NCBI RefSeq assembly: GCF_000002865.3 | Contig: NW_001865079.1 | Coordinates: forward strand, 143,858-207,857 | Direction: 5' to 3' | Source of the DNA: Monosiga brevicollis MX1 | Taxonomy: Eukaryota | DNA length: 64,000 nucleotides | Shown here: piece by piece, positions 26,527-38,269 of the stretch | How the letters are laid out: every line of letters begins with the position of its first letter | Numbering within the stretch: position 1 is the stretch's first letter | Made by a program: the position numbers and the translations under genes | Notes under the pieces: model-generated | What the model was told of the DNA's origin: nothing | What the model saw: only the letters and a program-made list of their open reading frames with translations | Databases searched by the model: none

Positions 26527-29500
26527 TCACTTCTTGAGCTGTCGAAGTTCCTCTTGCAGCTCGGCCCGCTGTTGCTTAGCATTGACCAGCTCCATGCTCT
26601 GCCCCCAGAAACGCACCAGCATGATAACATTGATGAGAACGTTGCTTCATCGACTGCTTTCCTCATTCGATGGTGTACCAAGCAAAAGTTGCAGGACTCA
26701 CCATCTCTTGCATCGCTTGCTGCATTGTTGCCCGCATGCTCACAGTGTCCTCAAGCGCCGCTTTTAAGAATTTGATTTGCTGTGGAACAAAGGTTCAAAC
26801 CAGAAAATTGGCCGTGAGCGCGCGCCGCATTCACGCGTACACAAGGATGGCTGTTACCATGCAGGCGTCTTGCAAACACACCTCTTTCAACTGCTCGTTC
26901 TCATCAGCCACGTGCTGCTGCTCGGCCTTGTGACGGCTTTGCTCTTGATCAGCCGCCGCCTCGAGGCGGTGCAACCGAGCCTCGTAGGCCGGTGGCTCTG
27001 CTGACACTGGCACCATAATCACGTCGAGCGAGCTATCGGGCCGGGTTACCAAATCCATGGCTAGGGCCTCAACTCGAGCCAAGGTCGTGCCCGCAGCTAA
27101 GAAGATCACGCACAATGAGAAGAAAGTCATCTTGCTGAGCCAGGCATTTATGCCACCTCACACTCACCAATGGCAGCTGCCCACATGTCCGTGTCGAAAA
27201 AGGAGACGTCTTGCAAGGCATTATGATCAAAGTAGGCCATCGTGGAGCGACGAACCTGCATTGGCCGGTACGAGAGAAAGAGTCAAAATAAACCCCAAAC
27301 GGCCGCAGCAGAAAAGGATGGATCGATGAGTCTTGCGAGATGGCAGGCTGACGCCAGCAAGAGGAATGAAAGCGTACCTCAATCCGTAATGGAGCCATGG
27401 GCATCGGTTCGATGTAATCATCACCAAAACGTCCGAGTCGTGAGAGGTGATATGTGCTGATCCATGCGTCCAAGCCCTGCACGACCAGAACCGACTTGGG
27501 CAACTCGATGGGCGGTAAGGGCGGGAAGGCACCGCCTGGAAACTGCTGGCGAGCAAATTCGCTGCGCAAATGCTCTTGCGTTGCAGGTGCCAAGCGTCGA
27601 GTCAAGTCAACCTGTGTCCCACGATGGGTGCTTGCACTCAGGTCGCTCACGCTATCGCCTTCCTCCTCCGTATCAGGAAGGCCGGTGCTGACACTCATGC
27701 TTGCACTCGTGCTTGTGCCGATGCTCGCATTCAAACTGGTGTTCACAACTGCCTGGTCAAGATCCACAGACCCTTCCTCCTGTGCACCAGAGCTCGTGGC
27801 ATCAGACAACGTGGTGGCCGTGGGACCATTGAACCGAATGCCCGCCTTGTCTGCAGGAGCCAAGGGCTCGGGGTTGGTAGGCGTGGTAGGCGTGGATAAA
27901 GGCCGTGCTTGCTCGGCCTGGGCCTCAAGCTGAACTTGAACCTCGTGTCCGTCTGAGGAGATGGATGAGGTGGGAACGTTGGCGCCCACGAGAGCTTTTG
28001 GCGCTGCATCGCCATGGCGTGTCGCTGAGGCCGGGTGGTCGGCTGCTGGAAGCTGAAAAACAGACGCGCTGGGCGGGTTGCCGGTCTGGCCGCGTGTGTC
28101 TGCCTCACGGGCATGCCAATCATGAACAGTGGCCTTGACCTCGGCTTCGCTCAACATCTGCACAACTTGCTCATGCGTTGGCTCTTGAGAGCCTGGTGGG
28201 GGGGGTCGTGGGGGGGCAATTCGCAAGGCCGTCAGGTTGGGTTGAGATCGGCTGTTGTGGACTCGACTATCGTTGGCGCCCTTGCGAGATAATTCCGGGG
28301 ACGCCTCTGCTGAGCGCCGTGACCCAAAGCCAAACTTGGATCGCCGACGAAGCAATGGTGAACCCTTGACAGGTGACATACTCTTGGCCTTGCTGTTGGG
28401 GCTGCTAGAGTTTTTGGAATGGTCTTTTGAGCGTCGGAACAAGCCTCGTCGCCGAGTGTTGGGGCTGGCAGCTCCAGAGGATGAAGCTGATTCGGACGGA
28501 CTGGGCGCATCAATCGTGTCGGCATCAGGCTCCGCGCCAGGCATGGACTTGGCACCGGCTGCGGGTGCAAGACGTGGGGTGGTTAGAGGCGTCATAAAGG
28601 CATCCTCGTCAGCCCCCTCGCCGTTGGCATTAGGCGGAGCCGAGTCGGCAGCAAACGCATTGCGGCCGTCACTCGGTTCGGGCGGTCCAGGCTCGCCCAA
28701 AAGGGCAGCCTCACCCAGGCGCTGAAACGAGCGCGCGGTGAGAGTATGAAAGTGTTGATGATCCATGTCAATGCGCCATTGCTGTACTTCCTTGCGCCGT
28801 TGCCGACGCTGATCAATGGCTTCAAAGAAAGCACGACTCTGGTGTGGCGAGGGACGCTCATCGCGGCAGTGGTACATGATGACGGGTCGCCCGGCAACGG
28901 CCTCGTGACGAGCAGACTCCAAGAATGTACGTGCGTCACTCATGTCCAAGTCTTTGGGCATCTCCGGTAATCTGGCAAAGTGCGTAGAAATGGAATCGGC
29001 TGCGGCAACAGTGATGCTAGTCCGATCCCAGGAGACCATCGCCAGCTCCACACGATCAATGTCCACATCGCCAATCAACGTACAGGCCCGCTCGTGCTCT
29101 GTATCCTCCGTTGCATCAGGTTCTGTGCCTTGTTGCTCTTCATTGAGCATACGTACTTGAAGCTTGGGCACGTGAACCAAAAGCACGTCGGTCCCCACCG
29201 CAGGCGCGCCCGTATCCAGAAGCTGCGCGCGGCACCACAAACCCAGGCACGGCAGAGTGAAAGCGAGGGGAGAAGGGTGCCGTAAATAAAATAAAGAGAG
29301 CTGACGACGACTCGTAGACACAGTCGCAACAACCACAACCACAACCACAACCACAACCATATTTGCTCCGGCTTACCAAAAGGGTTCGCTGGAGCGACTC
29401 TGAAAAACGCGTCAAAAGCAATATCTATAACAATGAGCGCGAAAACATCGTCAGAAGTTGGAGGACAAATTGACGCTCACATAACCTTTGACAACTGACT

Positions 29501-32500
29501 GCTCATCCACGGGATTACATACGTCCATGTCGCGCAGCTGGAAGTGCCACGGCTCAGTGGCCATGACCATCGTGTAACTGTTTGGCAAAATAATGTTGCT
29601 TTCTTTTTTGGAGGGAGCGGAGCGCTGGTCGTGTGGTGCCCCAGTGCCACTGCTCTCAGTTGAGGCAGTGTCCCCCGTTTCATCCGCTGGTGGCGGCGTG
29701 TAGATAAGTACACAGAGTGGTGCCGGCTCCAGCAGTGGCGCGCGACCCAGAGGAGTGGTGGAATCGACCCACACCTACGGTACAGTGCCAGCAACACGGT
29801 TGGGGTTGAGTCGTGTAAATAGGCGCCGAAAATTCGAAAGACGATGTCGAAGCACCACAAAATGGTGGTGGCTTACTTGATCAACGGAGATGGATATGAG
29901 GCCCTCAACATCTGGATGCTTGTTGGATGGATCGCGAACACTGATTTCATTCACAGGCGGTACCAATTGAACATCAGGGTCTTCAGCTTCAAAGGGTGGG
30001 GCCCGACACTTTGACTGGAATAATGGACTGTCATAGAATGGCTTCAGCGTGGGCAAAGTTGGGCCACCCTACAAAACGCAGGCAACCGGGAGATGAGCGG
30101 CGGTGGCGCGGGCGTGCGAGACAGTGAAGACCCACGACCCATTGAAGTCTGTGGACGCTTCTGACAGGGCGACCGAGGCCTTCACTGACGGAAATGCATC
30201 GAGGTGTGTTTGTAATGGTGGCCTTGGACAGCATAGCCACGATGCTGCGGCGCCGCATGTAAAAGGGCGACGGCTGAGGCGCTTCTGGGATGATCACACG
30301 TGGAAGGAGAACCTCAATGCAGAAACGGGTAAAGTGTTCCTGTTTACCAGAGAGGAACACAAAATGAAGGCTGCCTGAGATACACAATATGGCAACGAAC
30401 CCGACTCTTGACGCAAGTTGCAAACCTTTGGAGGGGGCGGGGCGTCTTCTTCGCTCTCCTCAAACATTTCCTCAAAACCAGCGATCCAGAGCAGTGCTGA
30501 GCCCTCTTCCTCATCTATGATGGCGGCCAAAGGCCAGGTAGGCCATTGTTGAGCTGTGTCAAATGGCTGTGGGTAGCATGCTGGTTCCTATGCTCGATAA
30601 GAACGAACGCACCTTCCAAGGAATCTAGCCGCTCGCGATATAGGTTGAGCAGCGTTGTGCGCTCCGCCACTTGCAAGACATCAACTTGCTCCTGCCAATC
30701 GCGACCGAGCAGGTGGTTTGCATTCAACGCGCGTGTGGGCAATGGAAAAGGGCTGAGTAAGACCTAACGAGGAGCCTTGCGCGGAGGGCCAGCAAGATGC
30801 TCGAACAAACCTGCATCGCTTTGCCAATGTTGGTCAGCTCTGCTGAACTTGTTGATTGGAAAATGCGGTCAGCAAAGCGCTATGGCAACACATTTATGAA
30901 TCATGGGTGAGGAGCAGCGTATGAGTGCAAAAGGGCAGAGCTGGCATTCTGCGTTGACACTCGCACCTTGGCTTGAGCTGAGCGAAGGCGTCCTGGTTGG
31001 GCAAGTCGCGAGTGCTCCAAAAACCGCGACACTTGAAGCACAGCCGCCACATGTAACGAGACCTGACAGACACGGGGCATTAACAAGGCAAGGCCATGAG
31101 AGATTCAATATTCATCGGCTGATTGATTTAGCCGCGCACGTGGCTACGTCGACCCCACCAACCTTGAAAGGGTGTACTCGACCAAAGAGGGTGGGGGGCG
31201 GCAGAGCAAGCTGAATATCGTGGAGCTCCGCAGCCAACCGGTGGGCTTGCTGCCGTGTCAGCTGTGAGAAGCCTGGTACAGTTGGGAGCTCGATATCGGA
31301 CTCGATACGAGTGGTAGCGCGGTGTAGCTCGTAACGGGCTCGCGGGCTGAGGTAGAGTTGGGTATGCTCGAACATGAGCATCCGCATGTTGTCATCCGCG
31401 TCGTATTGCTCTCGATCAATCTGCAAAATGACGGCCATTTGACGTGCTGCATTGGGACCTGCATCCGCGCTCACTGGGGCTGCATTGGCCATCAAAGTCA
31501 TGCTAGCGACGGAGAACGTCATGACATCATGCATAACGCGACCTGGTAGGCAGTCTTCGAGTGAGAGAGCGCTGGCGACTTGAAGCAACCATGACTCCTT
31601 GTCCTGTTCAAATTGCTGGTAAAATTGGTTGCGCATCGCGGAGCGATCGGGATTGGGAACCCATGGCTTTTGTGTCTCCTGACAGCCAAGAAGCAAACAA
31701 TTTGCCCCGCGTACATCAGCCACAAGGATATTAGAATCGTTGGTGAATAAACTAAAACTTAAAAAAGGTTGAAAGAGTTGCTGCGCATTGGCGAGCGCAT
31801 TGACATACCTGTTTGAACACAAGTCGACGAAAGCTCCAGGTGGCCAGCTGAGGGCGGCGCGTGCCAATGTGGCCATCTTCCAAGAGTGACAAGAACAAAT
31901 GGTCGCAGCGCACGTAGATCATGGGGATGAGGCGACGATTGGCATTGCGATCCGGTGTTAACGGAGCCTTGGGTGACTCGGGAGGTCGATTTGCCATCGC
32001 CTCGACTTTGGCCGCTGGCCCCTTTTGCGGGGTGGCCTTTGTGGCAGGAGCAGGTCCGTTGTGCAAGACTGGCCCTTGCTCCCCACCCTCGTCTTCCGAA
32101 TCAGTGCCAAGGCTTGTGTTGAGTGAAGAGGCGAAGGAAAATTGAGACAAGTCGCTGTCGCTGCGCTCCCGCAGACCATCATCGGGAATGGATAACGGCT
32201 ATTGCATCAAAAGCACGAAGGAATGAGAGACCAACAGCCAGGCCAAGAAACACTAGCTTCAGAACCCTTTCAGGCCCTTTTTTGGGACCAGCAATAAACG
32301 TACAGGGCTCCCTTGAGCACGACGATGGGCTCGGATGAGATTTGCCAGGGAAGATTGAACAACTTGGATAATCTACGTCGGGATGTGTTGAGAGAATACG
32401 GCCATCGTTGACGCTCAGCACAGCGCCGCCGGGGTGACAGGAGGACCACCATCATCGCCACGCTTCTTTTTGAACCCCATACCTGTAGGTGCTCAGCCGA

Positions 32501-34072
32501 GACCTCGAGTTGTAGGACATCTATAATGAATTGTAGTTGGCTCCCCAGGTTGACGCTGCACGAGGTTGGCGTGGCCGCAAAAAAAACATGAGAAAAACAC
32601 TGCCAGCTGAGCCTAGTCGGGCCATCAGACTCGGCGATGCAGAGAAGGGCAAGGCAAAGGGCAGAAATGCATACGTGTTGTCGGCCAGGTCTCGACGTCG
32701 ATGAATTTGCAAAACGGGCTCTGACATTTTGAGGTGAAGCACGTCGTCTCGCGCTTTCTATACTCAACCGAGCGCACAGGGCAGTTTTGGCCAGAACAAG
32801 GAGATGGCACATTCCGTGGGCCGCAAAGTTAGAGAAGCACAGACACCAGGGCTGGTGCCCACTGAGGTACGGGTTGTTTTCGAGGCGTGCTCATGCCTTG
32901 GAAAGTCGATCAGAGGTACCGCGCAGGCTGAGTTCCAGAGAGGACAACTGCATAAGACAAAGGCCTGGGTGAACTCAACAACTCTGGGCAGACAGGCGCC
33001 CCCGCGATGAAAGCTTGGTTTGTGAACTGCGTCCGGCTTTCTGGACCGACGAACCGATAGCATTTTGAAGAGGGAGGCAAAGCCATGCCGCTGATGAATT
33101 TGAATGGCTGATTTGAGGTCATCCACCTAGGCGAATAGGCCCATGCACCATTCGTGAAACATTCAAAAGAAGCTGCCATCAGAGCGTGCTGGTTGATGAG
33201 CCCAAGAACCACCTACCACCTCCCACTGATGATTGGTATTTTGAAGCCACAGGTGGCTGACGTCGAGCGTGGTGTCGAATTCTGGGGCGACGAGCCGGAT
33301 GGCCAGCGTGCCAATGTGCAAGACGATGCCATCGCCAATGATGTCGCCAGTGCCATAGCGCTCGCGTTTGGTGCTGGCCGGGGTGGCGGATGTGGCGCCT
33401 TGACCGGCTTGGTTTCCCTTACCGTCCTGGGTCTAACCAAACGCAGGCCAGAAAAAACAAGCGGCAATGCATTCAAGTGTGCGCGTGGGGTGTGGGCAAG
33501 AGAGAAGGGGTTCTGATACCAGGCGGGAGCATGTCAAGAGTTGAAAAAGGAACCAATTTTACCTTGGAGGCTGCGAGCTGTTCCTTAGCTTGAACCTCGT
33601 CGGGTGTCAAGAGACGGATGACGACCTGCAAGACATGCGCCAATGAAAGGTGGCTCGAGCAGTCTGATCGATATTCTTTTTTTGCGAACGTACCTCAATC
33701 TGGTCCACGTCGAGTCGTACGGGTACAGATTTGAGTCGAGTGATGGAAAGCTTGCATGTCACAGTGGAACAAGTACCTCGTTCCAGATGGAGCCAAGGTG
33801 GCGCACCAAGCCCCTCCTAAGCGTGATGCCCCGATCAGAGAAGCAGAAATGGCTCTGGAGTGCCGCTGTAGAGCTCGGCCCGTGCTGGCGCGGCCTTGGG
33901 CGAGCAGGCACCGAAAAGGGCGTTGACCAACCTGAAGAAAGTTATCACGAAGCTCGAGCCCGCTCAGCTCAGCCTCGCCTTTGAAGAAGGAGAGAGAGAA
34001 GCGGTCGGGTGTCATGTCCTTGAAATACAGGGCTAGCCTCTTGGCCAAGGCCGTTTTGATGTAGGAGGCCAT
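26527..34072 (-). CDS. Chorein-N bridge-like lipid transfer protein, BLTP3/UHRF1BP1(L)/SHIP164-like
   Basis: N-terminus MASYIKTALAKRLALYFKDMTPDRFSLSFFKGEAELSGLELRDNFLQ-EGLGAPPWLHLE...VPVRLDVDQIE matches the UHRF1BP1-type chorein N-terminus as I recall it. A disordered S/P-rich segment follows at about 27500-28800. A C-terminal coiled coil ends MELVNAKQQRAELQEELRQLKK-TGA (26527). Many introns; continuity as one gene is inferred. Confidence 0.75.
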
Positions 34073-34760
34073 GATGGCGAGGAGCGATGCGCAGTGGCCA
34101 GGCCCAGGGCAGTCAGGCTTAAAGTCCTCTGCTTACGCCTGCTCGCTCGCTCGTGGCCGCTTGGAGCCAGTCAGACCAGGCAAACGTGTGGTTCTGGTCT
34201 TGGTAGGATCAAGTTGCTCGTGGGCAACGCTCGACCGCTCAACAGCGCATGACGCTTGGGACTGCCGACACAAGCAGAGGGCGCGGTCAACGTGCTGCCA
34301 AGAAGCAAGACTAGATCTACGAGAATCATTCCAGGCACCAGAAACAGTGAGCACAGCAGTGCATAAAGGTCTCGCCGGCTACCAAAAGTGGCCCCCCGTC
34401 GTCTTGGAGCCCCTGGTGACCTCCAGACTCGAGCCCCTTTGGCGCAGCGACACCATTATCCCTCAAGCCGCAGCCCAATCCTCACGACCTCATCGCCACA
34501 CACACCCCACACACCCCTGTACCACACGCATCTGCCCTCTTCTTTCCCCGCTCCCCCGCGTCGCCGCTGGCTCACACTGCCACTGCCGTTTCTACGCACG
34601 CCAGCGAGACATTGTTGGCCAGCATTCAGTCGCTCACACACACGACTGCCCATTATGCTATACGTACGCGATGCCTATAGTGGAGGAAAACACGACTTTT
34701 TACCACACACACACGGTATAAATCATATACACACACTCAAAGTGCTTCATGTTGCAAACG

Positions 34761-34808
<48 letters not shown>

Positions 34809-34855
34809 AAATACATCCGGATGTAAGAAAAAAAAACTTGAATGCTGTCTCGCTG

Positions 34856-35150
34856 ACTGAGTCACGATGGCTATGGGAATGTTTGAAACGGCACTGGAAG
34901 CACTGGAGTTGCTGTGCTATGATGGCTGAGTCACGATGCTATGGGTATATTTTAAACGGCACTGGAAGCACTGGAGTCGCTGTACTATGATGGCAAAGTC
35001 GTGATGGCTAAGGTGGGTATACTTTAAACGGCACTGGAAGCACTGGAGTCGCTGTACTATGATGGCTGCGTCCCGATGCTATGGGTATTTTAAACGGCGC
35101 TGGAGCGGAGAGCGCTGTGGAGTCAAGAAAGTCGCTGTACTATGGCTGAT
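34856..35150. repeat. Intergenic minisatellite, about 66-72-bp unit, about 4 degenerate copies
   Basis: Core aaacggcactggaagcactggagt(t/c)gctgt(g/a)ctatgatggc recurs at about 34886, 34954 and 35026, with a degenerate copy at about 35092. Confidence 0.85.
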
Positions 35151-36012
35151 GTGCCGCCGAATGAACCCCCTATCTTGCAACGGCGGTTGTCGACATTCAG
35201 CAGACCGTCAATGAAGTTCCACCAAAGATTCCTGCCATGGACTGCCGCCCAGGCCCGAAGCGTACCTGACTAAGCATCGCAAGCGCCTGACGCGTTGAAC
35301 AACCGCTTGAAGCAATTGAACTCAACAACCGACACCCTGGGCCCAAAGAGCTGCATACTCTCACAAAGCAGTTTGAGTTGCCGCCAGTTCTTCTCACACC
35401 CCAACCCATGCTGGCAGCGTGCCCTGCCTCACCCACCGCGCTGAAAATCGCTCCCGAGACGCCGCCCGCCGACCTTGGTGCAGCTGCCCGTGTCCTTCCA
35501 TTCCCTCCGTCCGGGGCCCTGACATGCACCCAACAACGAGCGGTACGTTGAACAGGCTCGGCGATTTTTTCCGTGCTAGAGAGTGTCTGTGGTCGACTTT
35601 AGACCCGACTGATGCGATGCGCCTTTCATGTCTATTCGGTGATTGCGACGCCGCTTGGGCAATTTCACGAGGTCGTTTTGTTTGAAAATGCTCAAATCTA
35701 TCCTGAGCTAATAATGCACGACACGGCCGAATTAGGATGTGTTGAGCTGTTTAATGTCAGTGGTTGACCTCTTCCCAGTTTGCTGGTTGCGTATCGCTTG
35801 AGATGCGGCAAGCGCGTGCATGTTGAATTGACGTGCGTACGAATTTGGTGGCTTGTGGTATTTCTGAGTGTGCGATATTAATCAAGAGCAGAGATTGCAG
35901 GGCCGGGTGAATTAAGAGAAGAGGCAGCAGTGGCTCTTACTGGCCGTGGGTATCATTGGTCGTGGCTGTCCCGCGCAGCGGGCTTTCGACACGGGTATAT
36001 GGAAAGTCGCAA

Positions 36013-37101
36013 TCAGGCAGAGGTAGGGTCTGCGCCGAGCTTTTGCCCAATGAGACCACAGCTCACGAGCACGCGCAGATGATCGGGTTGGTATCGCCGC
36101 AGATATTCAAGCACTTTACCGGGCACCCCTTCGTCTGCCGGCGGCGGGTACAAGTAGGGACACGACCAGAGTGCGAGAGCAGTGAGTGGAAGACGAGGAG
36201 CACGAGCGTGGACCATGGCCATGACGGGGATGCGGGTCTTGGTGGTTTGCGGGCTCTGGCGATGGTTGCAAACGCGTACCAGGATCGCCTTCGAGTTGCT
36301 CGGCCACAAAAGCTCGAAGCAGCTGCTTTGCCTCGGCAGACGCCAGCAAAGCTTGTTCGGACACGACACCGCCATCTCCTGGCAGCATAATCTCCACCTC
36401 GCCCACGGCGTAGTCGGGCGCGGCGCTCTGGGTGAGTTCAAGCAGATCCGAATCCGACCAAGCAACTTGCTGGTCCTGGAGACGGCGTCACATAGGCGTA
36501 AAGCAATGCGTAAAATCAAGACAAACACTGGTGGCATGGGAAAGTGGCTCGGCTGTTGGGGGTGATAGGTCAGGGTCGGGAATGGCAAGTTGGGGCAACG
36601 TCTGACCTGGCAGAACCACACGCGATCTATGTCAACGCCAAACTCGGTGACGGGAAGGGCGGAGTTGCCGTCCGTGGCCTCGCGCTGGGGCGGCGGTAGG
36701 GTGAAGCGGGTGCGCTCGGTCAGAAGGAGACCATAGGGCCACACTGAGGCTGGAGCAGCGGTGGGTGCCTCGGGGGCGGGTACCCCGAGCAAGCGAGCGG
36801 CTTTCTGAAGAGCCGCGAGGCCGGTGCGCTCCTCATAGCAGTCGACAGCGCTGGCTGTACCCTCGGTTGGCGTAGGCAGACGACTGGGTGGTGACTTGAG
36901 CTCCCAGGATGCAGACTCGCCCAGTGACCAGCGCTGGCGGAGCCAATGGTCGCTGCGTGATAACGTGTACTCGTCCGGCACATCAAAATACCGGTCCACG
37001 AACAACCGCGGCTGCGACGCGTGTAACGCCAACGCCTTGACGCGTGCCAGCACCTGAGCCGCTGCGCGAAACTTGAGCTCCACCTCCAGTACAGCTGCCA
37101 T
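36013..37101 (-). CDS. THTPA: CYTH-family thiamine triphosphatase-like protein
   Basis: MAAVLEVELKF (ExExK), FVDRYFD, DHWLRQR, WELK, spliced DYAVGEVEIM and C-terminal PGKVLEYLRRYQP, all matching THTPA motifs; 3 exons. Confidence 0.85.
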   Translation of the reverse strand: MAAVLEVELKFRAAAQVLARVKALALHASQPRLFVDRYFDVPDEYTLSRSDHWLRQRWSLGESASWELKSPPSRLPTPTEGTASAVDCYEERTGLAALQKAARLLGVPAPEAPTAAPASVWPYGLLLTERTRFTLPPPQREATDGNSALPVTEFGVDIDRVWFCQVRRCPNLPFPTLTYHPQQPSHFPMPPVFVLILRIALRLCDAVSRTSKLLGRIRICLNSPRAPRPTTPWARWRLCCQEMAVSCPNKLCWRLPRQSSCFELLWPSNSKAILVRVCNHRQSPQTTKTRIPVMAMVHARAPRLPLTALALWSCPYLYPPPADEGVPGKVLEYLRRYQPDHLRVLVSCGLIGQKLGADPTSA

Positions 37102-38269
37102 CCTGCCGCTTCCCGGCGGCCGTGTTGTGTTTGGATACAACAAAAATGCGCGAAAGACCCGAAAGACTCCAAACACACACACGCTCTCTCTCTCTCTCGA
37201 TGTGTGTGGACTGCAATCATGATACATCAACCTAAATGTCTGTCAGAGTTGTATAACACGACGGGATGCTGTACGGGGTTGGAGGCGGGCCACTGCGGGC
37301 TCGATCGGTCTTGTGGGAATCGTGGCCGTACAACACAAGTCCACGAGGGTTCAGTGTCTAAAGTACCATCGCGCTGCCCTAAAATTAATTATCCGGAAAT
37401 CAACTCGAAATTACCCCAAAATACACCTAAAAATTGGAGAGTAAAGCCCAGCCTCCGATCGAAAGCAGAGAACAGAGCACAAGCGAGCGTTTGAAGACGC
37501 CAATTTTAAGGGAAAGATACAACGATTTCAGAGATCAAGTGCAAAACCCAGAGCGAAGAGAGAGAGAGAGAAGAGGGAAGAGAGAGAGAAACGAGACAGA
37601 CCACTACCAAATGCAAGGAAATTGTCAGCAAAAAGAAGCAAATAGAACAGAACAACAGCTACAGCATACACGTCGTCAGTAGTGCAGCACTCCACAGTAA
37701 GCTCCTGCGAAGAGAGAGAGAGAGGGTTGAATGCTATTTCGATGTGTGTGTGTGTGTCGCGGCATTTGAAACTCTCTTTTTTTTTTTTTTTTTGCGGCGT
37801 TGGCGTTGATACGGCAGCGCCACTGGGGTGAGTGTGGTGGACGCTGCAGAGTCTTGGGTGGGGTGAGATCAGTTGCTCTGTTGGGTTGAGTGAGCCATAG
37901 TGTGCTTGGTTGGTGTGAAACGGTTCGGATTGTTGCTGCTTCAAGGTATGAAGATCGCGTTTTAGTGGGGCAACTGGCAGGGCGCGGGCGGGCACGCACA
38001 GACACTGGCTGCGTGCGTGCGCGTGCGTCCGCGTGCGCCGCGCTGCTTTGACACAAGCCAGATGAAAGCGACACCATTTGATTATCCTCCTCCTCCTCCT
38101 CCCCTTCCTTCTCTTCATCCTGCTGTTGCTTTGCGTGATGGTCGAACCCAACCCGGGTATCTGCAGCCTCACCGTTGCGTCTTTGCTCTCCTCCGCCTCC
38201 ACCTCCTCCTTGCTACTGTTGGGCTTGACGGCGACTCGCCGATCGGGTCAGTACAGGCGCACCGTGGCC

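Noticed and set aside
34856..35150. CRISPR-like repeat-spacer appearance
   Set aside because: The linkers are homologous to each other, there are no cas genes, and the context is eukaryotic; it is a degenerate tandem repeat.
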